Assembly (NCBI GenBank): GCA_964652095.1
Contig: CAZZAC010000001.1
Location: 9,258-73,257, forward strand
From: an uncultured Dehalococcoidales bacterium
Lineage (GTDB): Bacteria; Chloroflexota; Dehalococcoidia; GIF9; AB-539-J10
Length of the DNA stretch: 64,000 nucleotides
Direction: 5' to 3'
In this document: piece after piece, positions 39,744 to 47,924 of the stretch
Position numbering within the stretch: position 1 is the stretch's first letter
Layout of the letters: the number at the start of each line of letters is the position of its first letter
The notes under the pieces: generated by a model
What the model was told of the DNA's origin: nothing
Seen by the model: only the letters and a program-made list of their open reading frames with translations
Database searches by the model: none
Made by a program: the position numbers and the translations under genes

Positions 39744-40145
39744 TTATGCGTCGGCTGCAACGTCTTGTTGGGCGGTTATCTCTTCTTTCGGATTTGGACC
39801 GTATTTGTTGTCCCCAGGCTGGCTGTCTGTACAAGCGAGAACCAGAAACCAGATTGGGCCCGCAATCGGGATCAGATTTATCAACAAGTACCAACCGCTT
39901 TTCCCAACATCATGGAGCCGTCGAACCGATACGGCTAGCCCTGGAACAAAGACTGCGAGAGCATATAAAATAGATAATAGGCCAAGGCCAAATACTGCAA
40001 AGGTTAGTAGTCCGATGCCCAAGTCAATGAGAGAGGCCACAAGGCTGAAGATGAAATTGAAAAGAAAGAACATCCAGTATTCTTTCCGCCTCGCACGCCC
40101 ACTGAACACTGCATACTTTTTCAGCACTTTGATATACCAATTCAT
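39744..40145 (-). CDS. DUF805 domain-containing inner-membrane protein
   Basis: 133 aa. RARRKEYW followed by hydrophobic helices (YhaH/YhaI-like). Preceded by promoter-module copy R1. Confidence 0.7.
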   Translation of the reverse strand: MNWYIKVLKKYAVFSGRARRKEYWMFFLFNFIFSLVASLIDLGIGLLTFAVFGLGLLSILYALAVFVPGLAVSVRRLHDVGKSGWYLLINLIPIAGPIWFLVLACTDSQPGDNKYGPNPKEEITAQQDVAADA

Positions 40146-40345
40146 GTTGCTTCTCCTTTCGCTCGTTTGTCGTTTTGTCGGACGGCAAGCTGGATATTCT
40201 CGCTGTCCAACATCTATTCCTATACCTATTTCCTATACTTCTTCTATAGGCATGTACTATATGACAAGACAATATGAAATGTCAAGGATGAAATGTTAAG
40301 GACCTCTCTATTTAGATTGTGTTGCAATGTGAAGGATAATTAGAC
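40146..40345 (-). promoter_or_regulatory. conserved promoter/5'-UTR module, copy R1: -35 TTGACA (40285..40280), 18-nt spacer, -10 TATAGT (40261..40256), about 100-nt leader with hairpin cctatagaagaagtatagg and RBS AAAGGAG
   Basis: Blocks of this sequence recur at 43201..43290, 44125..44275 and 46299..46485, each immediately 5' of a different minus-strand gene. Confidence 0.55.
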
Positions 40346-40420
40346 CACATGTATCATTATTTGATCCGACTCACAGATCCAAATTGTTTGCCACCACAAC
40401 ACAAAGCTCTGTCTATTTCC

Positions 40421-41236
40421 TCATCCCGGTTTTCTGAATTCCAGACAATACCCATGATACTGACCATGCATTTTCCAAATACCGTCTACAAGTACCGCTT
40501 TCATTGTTTCTGGAACCAGATGAACAGGAACGGAGGTGTCTACTTTATTATCCTGACTTGAACGCGACAAACGAAGGAAACGAGCCACGGTTCGGGCTAC
40601 CTGTTCCGATTCATCAGCAATTACTATTTTACTTCCCGGTCGGGCAACACGGATCATCTCATCAATGGCCTTCTTCTTTTCAGAAAAAAAGTTGATCCCA
40701 CCAACGTGAAAAACACTGTCAAATGAGTCCGATTTAAAAGGCAACTCCTCTGCCTTCCCCAAGAAAAGGTCTACCGGCCATCCTCGGGTCGTGACCAACC
40801 TGTGACAATTAGTCAGCTGCGCCGCTGAGATGTCCAGGCCATATATGTCACCCACTTTTGGAGACTCAAATAGGTAAGGAAGATTACCACCAGACCCTAT
40901 CGAAACCTCCAGAACTCGTCCATTGTTTAGTTCCAATCTGTGCAAAATCTCTGTGCGGGCCTTACGTTCTCCACCCATAGGCAAAAACGATAACCTATCA
41001 ATAATTGTTTCGAAACGTGAAAATCTATTATAGAATCGAGCGAACCGTTGGTTAAGACCCTCCAGTTCCTGTAAATCGATAAAGTGCACAATGCCGTTTT
41101 TAATGATATAGCTTCTTTCACAGTGCGAGCAAAACAACTCCCCCTCATTCCCACTTGTATTACCTGATTCATCGCGAAGTGTAAGTTCAGTTTGACAACC
41201 AGGACAACATAGCAACTCTAATGTTGAGCGCTTCAT
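40421..41236 (-). CDS. Trm112-like zinc-ribbon / class I SAM-dependent methyltransferase fusion
   Basis: ORF 40421..41251, start at MKRS. N-terminal LELLCCPGCQ...LFCSHC zinc ribbon, then a Rossmann-fold MTase region (LEVSIGSGGN...YGLDIS). Confidence 0.65.
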   Translation of the reverse strand: MKRSTLELLCCPGCQTELTLRDESGNTSGNEGELFCSHCERSYIIKNGIVHFIDLQELEGLNQRFARFYNRFSRFETIIDRLSFLPMGGERKARTEILHRLELNNGRVLEVSIGSGGNLPYLFESPKVGDIYGLDISAAQLTNCHRLVTTRGWPVDLFLGKAEELPFKSDSFDSVFHVGGINFFSEKKKAIDEMIRVARPGSKIVIADESEQVARTVARFLRLSRSSQDNKVDTSVPVHLVPETMKAVLVDGIWKMHGQYHGYCLEFRKPG

Positions 41237-41317
41237 TGCTATTCCTCCCAAGCTATTATGTTTTGGTCTAACGTCTGAAATCAGAGGCGGCTGTAAGCCG
41301 TCCGCTAGAATGAATTG

Positions 41318-41491
41318 TTATGTCAGTTCTTTCAAGATATGCCGGGCAAGATATTCATCTATTTCGTTATGCCTCGGAACGGGCTGCTTTTTACCTGTGG
41401 CAGGATTTTTGTATAGGTCGTGACGAGGCCCATGTCTCACAAGAATGCACCCTGCGTCAGATAGCCTCTTGATGAGGTCTTTCCTCCTCAT
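41318..41491 (-). CDS. hicA: HicA-family mRNA interferase toxin (57 aa; not in the supplied ORF track because it is shorter than 60 aa)
   Basis: Hand translation of the minus strand gives MRRKDLIKRLSDAGCILVRHGPRHDLYKNPATGKKQPVPRHNEIDEYLARHILKELT, the HicA/YcfA pattern (..GW..VR..GSHH.F.HP...VP.H...I). Its ATG overlaps the upstream stop as ATGA. Confidence 0.6.
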   Translation of the reverse strand: MRRKDLIKRLSDAGCILVRHGPRHDLYKNPATGKKQPVPRHNEIDEYLARHILKELT

Positions 41492-41697
41492 ACTGATAAC
41501 TTAAGTTCTTTAACCAGATGCTCATCTGGTACGTCTTCCATCGTCATCAGTGCATAGGCATCTTTCATATTATCTTCAAGTTCTTCTAATGTTTTCCCCT
41601 GCGTCATTATCTCAGGGTGTTCAAGTAACTTCCCTACCCAGAATTTCTCACCTCTCCAGTAAATCATGTTTAATTTAGTTTCCATTTTCTGCCTCAC
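41488..41697 (-). CDS. hicB: HicB-like (UPF0150) antitoxin
   Basis: 69 aa small acidic protein (..YWRGEKFWVGKLLEHPEIMTQGKTLEELEDNMKDAYAL..), translationally coupled to hicA. Confidence 0.5.
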   Translation of the reverse strand: MRQKMETKLNMIYWRGEKFWVGKLLEHPEIMTQGKTLEELEDNMKDAYALMTMEDVPDEHLVKELKLSV

Positions 41698-41824
41698 AAA
41701 ATCCCTTTTAGTATCTTAGCATAGTTTACTGAATTTCGGAGACACTATACTTAATTCCAAAGAGTATTTTGCCTCCTCATCTACATCAAGAGACAAGCAT
41801 AGCGTGCCCTTAAATGTGATACCT

Positions 41825-42409
41825 TTAATCATCACGTAAACCGGTATTCCTTTGCTCCAGCTTTAGCAATCGTTTCTTAACGGACAATCCACCCCCATAT
41901 CCAACAAGCTCTCCGTCACTCCCGATTACCCGATGGCAGGGAACGATTATGCTGATGGGGTTTGTCCTGTTAGCATTACCAACCGCTCGAACAGCCCTTG
42001 GACTGCCAATATCCTTTGCTATTTGTCCATATGTGGACGTGGCTCCGTAGGGAACTCTCATCAATGCCTTCCAGACTCTTCTCTGAAAATCCGTCCCCGC
42101 CATGAGCAGAGGAATGTCAAACTCTTTTCTATTTCCGTTGAGGTACTCATCAAGTTGTTTTCTCGTTTTCTCCAGGACTTCATCCTTTTGCTCGACAAAC
42201 TCGGCATCCAGTTTCTTCCTGATCCAGTCATCAATTGCTCTCCTTCCCTTTTTGTCTCCGAACCCGAGCAGACAGAGCTTGCCGCCGAAAGAACCAAGTA
42301 CCAGTTCGCCGATCTCAGTCTTGTGACGTTGAATGTTGACCTGGTTTATTCTTGCCTCCAAAGAATGTTGTCGGCGACGTGCAGTGTCGCTGCAGTGTCT
42401 TGCGTCCAT
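41825..42409 (-). CDS. ogt: methylated-DNA--protein-cysteine methyltransferase (Ogt/MGMT)
   Basis: ORF 41825..42499. Active-site motif PCHRVIG and DNA-binding helix YGQIAKDIGSPRAVRAVGNANRTNPISIIV. Start uncertain (no canonical start after the upstream gene's stop); Met31 chosen, giving a 64-bp overlap with the upstream methyltransferase gene. Confidence 0.7.
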   Translation of the reverse strand: MDARHCSDTARRRQHSLEARINQVNIQRHKTEIGELVLGSFGGKLCLLGFGDKKGRRAIDDWIRKKLDAEFVEQKDEVLEKTRKQLDEYLNGNRKEFDIPLLMAGTDFQRRVWKALMRVPYGATSTYGQIAKDIGSPRAVRAVGNANRTNPISIIVPCHRVIGSDGELVGYGGGLSVKKRLLKLEQRNTGLRDD

Positions 42410-43152
42410 GGTTCGCCCGTCTTGCGTGCCACGATCATGATTTCCATCTCGTCCAGGTCGAGTGTCCTTCTTCCCCAGCTCCCGGCAGTTCCACCCCATA
42501 TGCTGAGGACAGACATACCGGCGATCTGGAGCAGGAGACGTAACTCCGTCGGGACGAAAGACCGTTCTCGAACGGCAATACGAGGCAGTCCTTCTTGCGG
42601 CGGGTGCTCCGACGATTCGACCATGGTTATCGGGTCGAATCGTCCCTCAGCCACGTCCTTGTTTTGATACCTGCGGAGCATGGCTGCTGCGTTGAGAACG
42701 GTGAATACGACCTTCGCCCCTGTTTTCAGGCTTTGGGAGATGTTGCGGAGAATGGCCAGTGGTTGACTTATGGGATCATCAGTCTGACTGAGAAGTCCCA
42801 AAGCCCCTTCGCATAGGCAGATCGCCGCATCGAACTTTTCCGGGAACGCGAACTGCGTTGCATCTGAGCGGACCCATTCTACCTTCACGTTTTCGGCTTC
42901 GGCTTTAGTCGCTGCCTTTGCCAGCATCTCCGCGGATAAGTCCAGTCCTGTTACTGAGTAACCGCGTTTAGCAAGTTCTATGGAATGCCGGCCCGTCCCA
43001 CACCCGACATCCAGAACTGAGTCGCCGGCCTTGAGTTCCAGTTCCTCGAGCAAGAAGTCTACCTCGTCGACTGTGTTCTTGGTGAAGACGTTATTATCGT
43101 AGATCGGTGCGTGAGCGTCAAAGAACTGCTCCCATGTCGTTTTCTCTTGCAT
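42346..43152 (-). CDS. class I SAM-dependent methyltransferase
   Basis: ORF 42346..43200. VLDVGCGTGRHSIELAKRGYSVTGLDLS. Start moved to Met17 (MQEKTTW) because AAGGAG lies 5 nt upstream and the -10 of module R2 would otherwise overlap the first ATG. Confidence 0.7.
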   Translation of the reverse strand: MQEKTTWEQFFDAHAPIYDNNVFTKNTVDEVDFLLEELELKAGDSVLDVGCGTGRHSIELAKRGYSVTGLDLSAEMLAKAATKAEAENVKVEWVRSDATQFAFPEKFDAAICLCEGALGLLSQTDDPISQPLAILRNISQSLKTGAKVVFTVLNAAAMLRRYQNKDVAEGRFDPITMVESSEHPPQEGLPRIAVRERSFVPTELRLLLQIAGMSVLSIWGGTAGSWGRRTLDLDEMEIMIVARKTGEPWTQDTAATLHVADNILWRQE

Positions 43153-43200
43153 CTTTGCTCCTTCTGTAAACCTGTCAGTCCACCTCTTGTGTATAGGCAT

Positions 43201-43290
43201 CTACTCTATAGCGACGCTGTATGAGGTGTCAAGGGTTTCTCTATTTAGGTTGTTTTGAGGTGTGAGGGATAATTCGGTGTAACGGAAAAT
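43201..43290 (-). promoter_or_regulatory. conserved promoter module, copy R2 (truncated leader): -35 TTGACA (43232..43227), 16-nt spacer, -10 TATAGA (43210..43205)
   Basis: Upstream block (gggataattcggtgtaacg...ctaaatagagaaacccTTGACA) matches the R1 and R3 upstream blocks. Confidence 0.5.
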
Positions 43291-43338
43291 ATCACTGGCG
43301 CGCTCTTGCACGTCCGGTGCATGCGCTTGTTCGACGTG

Positions 43339-44124
43339 TCATATGGTTATCACGCCTTCCAAATAGAGTACTGCCTTACCAGAAATCTTTACTCGATCTC
43401 CGGCATGGACGCAGAACAACTCGCCACCGCGCTTCGATATCTGAAATGCATGCAGATTCTTCTTGTGGAGTTCGCCCGCCCAGTATGGAGCCAGAACACA
43501 ATGCGCAGAACCTGTCACCGGGTCCTCCGGTATCCCAACCCGGGGGGCGAAAACTCTTGAGACGAAGTCGCTCCGACTTCCCCTGGATGTCACGATGATG
43601 CCACGACACTCAACCCGCTCAAGCGCAAAAAAATTGGGCTGAAGTTCCCGAACAGCTTCCTCGTTCTCCAGTACCACAAGTAAACCTTCGACGGAACCCA
43701 GTATTGCGATTGGTGTCACACCAAGTGCCTCCTTCAAGCCAGACGGCGGAATCCAGCTATGGACGGGTCTGGAGGGAAAATCCATTTCCAGAAGACCATC
43801 GCGTTTACAAACGATGAGTTGCCCGCTTTTCCGCGTATGGAAACGGATTTCCTCTTCCGACCAGTCTTGGCAGGCGAAAAGGACAAAGGCGCTCGCCAGT
43901 GTTGCGTGCCCGCAAAGCGCAACTTCAGTCGTTGGAGTGAACCATCGGAGGTCAAACCCGTCGTCATTGCGAACGAGGAAGGCGGTCTCTGACAAGTTAT
44001 TCTCGGCAGCGATGGACTGAAGCATGTTATCGTCGATCCACGAATCCAGTATGCAAACAGCGGCCGGATTACCCGAGAAGACTTCGGAGGTAAAGGCATC
44101 AACCTGGTAGATGGGTATTTTCAT
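43339..44124 (-). CDS. PhzF-family (phenazine-biosynthesis-like) isomerase
   Basis: 261 aa. N-terminus MKIPIYQVDAFTSEVFSGNPAAVC is characteristic of the PhzF/YddE family. Confidence 0.8.
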   Translation of the reverse strand: MKIPIYQVDAFTSEVFSGNPAAVCILDSWIDDNMLQSIAAENNLSETAFLVRNDDGFDLRWFTPTTEVALCGHATLASAFVLFACQDWSEEEIRFHTRKSGQLIVCKRDGLLEMDFPSRPVHSWIPPSGLKEALGVTPIAILGSVEGLLVVLENEEAVRELQPNFFALERVECRGIIVTSRGSRSDFVSRVFAPRVGIPEDPVTGSAHCVLAPYWAGELHKKNLHAFQISKRGGELFCVHAGDRVKISGKAVLYLEGVITI

Positions 44125-44275
44125 TATTCTCGTTCTTTCTTCGCCGAATATCTATTTTTGTATCTATTTTCTATGCTTATTCTATAGGCACGTACTGTAT
44201 GACGAGGCGTTATGAAATGTCAATGGTTTCCCCATTTAGGTCGTGTTGAAATGTGAGTTATGACTCGATGCGGTA
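44125..44275 (-). promoter_or_regulatory. conserved promoter/5'-UTR module, copy R3: -35 TTGACA (44223..44218), 18-nt spacer, -10 TACAGT (44199..44194)
   Basis: Same architecture and sequence blocks as R1; immediately 5' of the PhzF-family gene. Confidence 0.55.
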
Positions 44276-44293
44276 TTTATAGTGATATAGTTG

Positions 44294-44460
44294 TATCCCA
44301 GCATGAATAAGTAGAGAAAGCTGCCGCCAGCCTGGGTAACTTGCCCCCAGCACCCTTTGCCCTCCTTTCCTTCCTAGCCCTGCACGTGATTCCCGAACTC
44401 AGACTGACTGATTCAGGCCTGGTGGACGTGGCAGAGTTTAAGTTGCTCGAGTAGAACTAA
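44294..44460 (+). pseudogene. direct repeat, right copy: degenerate fragment of the ade 3' end (in-frame stop after SQHE)
   Basis: About 85% identical to 39469..39643, including the gene's last codons and stop (..gagtttaagttgctcRagtag). Confidence 0.7.
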
Positions 44461-44551
44461 CATGATAACGCCCGCGCTCAGCGGTAAATTGCGAGCGGCT
44501 ACGCGAGCAATTTGTCCGGCTGCAGCGCCTTGTTAGGGCGCCTTGGCATAT

Positions 44552-44947
44552 CTATAGATTCTCCAGCGCTTTGCCAATGCGTTTTTTATCTGCATTATCA
44601 GCGAATACTTTCAGTGCTCGTACCATTGCCTCGGTCATTTCCCCAATATTCCAGCCTTTAGTCTCTGGTGTGACTTTCATTCGAGCATATGTTAGATGGG
44701 CTACCTCTTTGCCAGTGCGAGATCGAGCCGGTTCCAACGCTGCTGGAAAATCAGGACGAACTTTTTTCCACTGTTCTGCAGAGCTGAAGAAGTCACATGC
44801 TATCGCATCATCTTTCCGAACATTTGACGGCTCCCAAATAAAGTCAATTAATGCCCTTAAGTGAATTGTGAATGACTCTAAGAGGGCGTTGATAACAAAC
44901 TGAGAATTGTTTGGCTGAGATAGCCCTTTTGCGGCGCCTACCATCAT
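44552..44947 (-). CDS. hypothetical protein (131 aa), no recognisable family
   Basis: ORF with GAGG 5 nt before ATG ATG; lies in the accessory array. Function unknown. Confidence 0.45.
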   Translation of the reverse strand: MMVGAAKGLSQPNNSQFVINALLESFTIHLRALIDFIWEPSNVRKDDAIACDFFSSAEQWKKVRPDFPAALEPARSRTGKEVAHLTYARMKVTPETKGWNIGEMTEAMVRALKVFADNADKKRIGKALENL

Positions 44948-45248
44948 GTTGACCTCATAAGCTAGGTGCTCTCCGCAAATTCCTTTAACTCCTCATCAGA
45001 TGGAATCTCTCTAGGCATTTGGTAATCCCTCGCACCTCGCTGACGTCCGAGTTCAGGAGCGCCAAGGGTGATATGCGAACCGGCCCTTTGCGGCAACCCA
45101 AGTTACTTTGGATTATGGCAGATTAGCATAGGATTGTAAACTGGACATGTTATTGCCCTCTTGCCGCAAAGCTGCATCGGAACGACTTTCGGAAGCAACT
45201 TTGTGGCCCAAGGGAGGAGCGCCCTTAGCAGTCGGTTTCAAAGAGTTG

Positions 45249-46298
45249 TTAGCCAGCACATGGTTTTGTCCAGTCTCTGCTACTTTCTTCAACGTCAAAT
45301 CGAATTGGATCAGACACATAAGCTGCTGCAAACTGTGCATTGCACACTACCTCGCAAGGTGTGACATTCGGGTTCTGGATAGTAAAAAGCGTTGGTCGAA
45401 AGTCCCACGTATCGGGTCCCAATTTGTCAAAAGCTATCCCAAACTTCTTCAATGGACAAGCAGTCTGGCCAATCCACGCACAGATGATATTTGTCTTTTC
45501 TTTTACCTTTGGCCTATTTAATGCCAATCCGGGAGTTACTCTGATACCCCTTTGGCTGAGTTGATCGAGTGTTTCACACAATGCTCCTGCTACGAGATCA
45601 GGAATCGCAATGAAATCTTCGATTTCTAATGAGCCACCGTCTATTTCTGAAAGCCCAAATACAATGCGGTTAATGCTTTCCTGAGGCATAAACATTCTTA
45701 TTGTTGCTTCTGCGAATCTACCAAAAAGTTGTTTGTGTTCTTCGTTAGCAACTATCGGATCGCTGTCGGTGAACCAGACAATGTTTTGCTCATTGGAAAA
45801 TACCGTTGCTATTACTTGTGCTCCAAAGTGTACTACTCTTAACATGTTTTCCAGTGTACTTTTCTTGATTGCAGAAAGTGCCGGCTTTACCTCAAGGAAC
45901 TGTTCCGCGAACATGTATTTCATCTTGGTATCAACTGCAAATGTAACTAGTAATCTATCCATTGCGCCTGCGCAAGACAAAAAAGCTGGCAGAGCTCTCA
46001 GTTTTATCCTGTCGTTGAGCCCCTTATACGACATTCTACGGCTCTTCAGATGAAAATCATCCCTGAGCATTTTTCTAGCACCATTGAAATAATCAGCACC
46101 AGAACGTCCAACAACCAAGAAGCTGTAGGTTTGATATCTCCCGTGGACACGACTGTAGTCTGAGAAGACAAAGAGTGTTTTGTCCTTAGACAAGTCTGGT
46201 ATTAACGAGGGATTCTTCCATGCTTCTGCGACTATCATGTCGCAAATATAGTTAATGAATCCCGCTCTTTCATCTCCAGGGCGTCGTATTTTGGCCAT
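45249..46298 (-). CDS. hypothetical protein (349 aa), no recognisable family; loose PD-(D/E)xK-like spacing (TDSD...EEHK) noted only as speculation
   Basis: Long ORF preceded by promoter-module copy R4; clean start MAKIRRPG. Confidence 0.5.
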   Translation of the reverse strand: MAKIRRPGDERAGFINYICDMIVAEAWKNPSLIPDLSKDKTLFVFSDYSRVHGRYQTYSFLVVGRSGADYFNGARKMLRDDFHLKSRRMSYKGLNDRIKLRALPAFLSCAGAMDRLLVTFAVDTKMKYMFAEQFLEVKPALSAIKKSTLENMLRVVHFGAQVIATVFSNEQNIVWFTDSDPIVANEEHKQLFGRFAEATIRMFMPQESINRIVFGLSEIDGGSLEIEDFIAIPDLVAGALCETLDQLSQRGIRVTPGLALNRPKVKEKTNIICAWIGQTACPLKKFGIAFDKLGPDTWDFRPTLFTIQNPNVTPCEVVCNAQFAAAYVSDPIRFDVEESSRDWTKPCAG

Positions 46299-46485
46299 GC
46301 CCTTCTCTTTTGTATTCGCAGCTAGAGATCAAATTGTTCAACAGTTATGTTGGATAGTGTATTTCCAGCGAAAAGACATTGAGTGTCCGATTGCGATATC
46401 CTGCTGGCTAACATCTATTTTATACCTATTTTCTATACTTACTCTATAGGCATGTACTGTATGACGAGGCACAGCAAAGTGCAGG
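46299..46485 (-). promoter_or_regulatory. conserved 5'-UTR/-10 module, copy R4 (-10 TACAGT at 46461..46456; -35 side replaced because the module abuts the glyQS 3' end)
   Basis: Leader block acatctattttatacctattttctatactt.ctctataggcatgtactgtatgac is nearly identical to R1 and R3. Confidence 0.5.
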
Positions 46486-46489
46486 ATTC

Positions 46490-47818
46490 TCACTTCTGCC
46501 TTGTGGCCCATAATGCTGAGGCGTCGAAAGCCTCTCCTTTGAGTTTGGCCTCTAATATCTTCCCTAGTTCCTCTACGGGCACTCGAATTTGCGCCAGGCT
46601 GTCCCTCTCCCGGATGGTAACCTGCTTATCCTCCAGGGATTCAAAATCTATGGTAACGCAGAACGGGGTGCCGATTTCGTCCTGACGTCTGTACCTCCGC
46701 CCTATGCTTTGTGAATCATCGTAATCGGTCACGAAATTTGGACACAGTTTGTTGAAAACCTCTTTAGCCAGAGGGGTTAATTTTTCATTCCTGCTTAAGG
46801 GCAAAACAGCTACCTTAATAGGAGCCAGAGAACGGTGCAGGTGTAGAACTGTTCTCTTTTCCCCTTCGACTTCCTCTTCATCATAGGCATCGATGAGAAA
46901 AGCCAGGACAGAGCGGTCGACGCCAGCCGAGGGCTCAATAGCATAGGGAACGTACTTCTCGCCAGCCTCAGCATCATAGTAACCGAGCTCTTTACCGCTA
47001 TGCTTGGCATGCTGAGTAAGGTCAAAATCGCCCCTGTTGGCTATACCCTCCAGCTCTGACCAGCCCATAGGAAATAGATACTCGATGTCATAGCAGTCCC
47101 TGGCATAGTGGGCGAGCTCATCTTTGCCGTGCTGGCGCAGGCGAAGATTTTCCTTCCTGACACCCAGTTTGACATACCAGTCAAACCTCTCCTTGACCCA
47201 GTAATCAAGCCACTCTTCGTCAGTCCCGGGCTTAACGAAGTACTCCAGCTCCATGTGCTCAAACTCCCTGGTTCTGAATATGAAGTTGCCTGTGGTGATT
47301 TCATTGCGGAAAGATTTGCCTATCTGGGCGATGCCCAAAGGCAACTTTTTTCTGGAAGTGGTGATTACATTATCAAAGTTAACGAATATGCCCTGGGCAG
47401 TTTCGGGGCGGAGGTAGATTGTGCTTGCCTCCTCCTCCACAGGACCCATAGAAGTCTTAAACATCAAGTTGAACATGCGGGGCTCGGTTAGCTCACCATC
47501 ACATTTGGGACATCTCTTGCCCTCTATTTCGTTAGCGCGCCACCTCAGGTGGCAAGATTTACACTCTACCAGGGGGTCTGTGAAGCTATCAATGTGGCCG
47601 CTAGCGGCCCAGACTCCGGGGTGCATCATTATTGATGTGTCCAGACCTACTACATCATCCCGCTCGTGGACTATTGACTTCCACCAGGCGTCTCTAACAT
47701 TGCGCTTAAGCTCCACCCCCATAGGGCCATAATCCCAGCAGCTAGCTAAACCGCCATATATTTCGCTGCTGGGGAAAACAAGCCCCCTCCGCTTACACAG
47801 AGAGACGATTTTATCCAT
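46490..47818 (-). CDS. glyQS: glycine--tRNA ligase (alpha2 homodimeric type)
   Basis: ORF 46490..47899. Class II aaRS motifs (FRNEITTGNFIFRTREFEHMELEYF). Start moved to MDKIVSLCKRRGLVFPSSEIYGG, the conserved GlyRS N-terminus. Confidence 0.85.
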   Translation of the reverse strand: MDKIVSLCKRRGLVFPSSEIYGGLASCWDYGPMGVELKRNVRDAWWKSIVHERDDVVGLDTSIMMHPGVWAASGHIDSFTDPLVECKSCHLRWRANEIEGKRCPKCDGELTEPRMFNLMFKTSMGPVEEEASTIYLRPETAQGIFVNFDNVITTSRKKLPLGIAQIGKSFRNEITTGNFIFRTREFEHMELEYFVKPGTDEEWLDYWVKERFDWYVKLGVRKENLRLRQHGKDELAHYARDCYDIEYLFPMGWSELEGIANRGDFDLTQHAKHSGKELGYYDAEAGEKYVPYAIEPSAGVDRSVLAFLIDAYDEEEVEGEKRTVLHLHRSLAPIKVAVLPLSRNEKLTPLAKEVFNKLCPNFVTDYDDSQSIGRRYRRQDEIGTPFCVTIDFESLEDKQVTIRERDSLAQIRVPVEELGKILEAKLKGEAFDASALWATRQK

Positions 47819-47924
47819 ATCCACTTTAGCGGGCATCTTCAGGTCTCCTTTCTCCGATGCATCGGAGCTTAGCTTACCAGCTTTATTCACAGGCGTCAAA
47901 GGGTTGTCTTCCTTCAGTACCTGA

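Noticed and set aside
41933-42667. 244-aa plus-strand ORF across ogt and the methyltransferase
   Set aside because: It is antisense to two genes with clear catalytic motifs. It is low complexity and S/P/R-rich.
45113-45521. Short ORFs (75 and 124 aa) in the 300-bp gap between the 349-aa and 131-aa unknown genes
   Set aside because: They have no RBS and are mutually overlapping. The one real-looking minus-strand reading here is only 17 codons (MPREIPSDEELKEFAEST) before a stop just upstream of the 131-aa gene. That could indicate a frameshifted N-terminus, but I cannot substantiate it.
40146-46485. Interpretation of the four conserved modules as integron attC sites of a cassette array
   Set aside because: The copies lack attC-type symmetric imperfect palindromes (no R''/L''-L'/R' architecture). 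They carry a clean -35/-10 pair oriented toward the downstream gene. No intI-like integrase is present. Cassette-like mobility remains possible by another mechanism.
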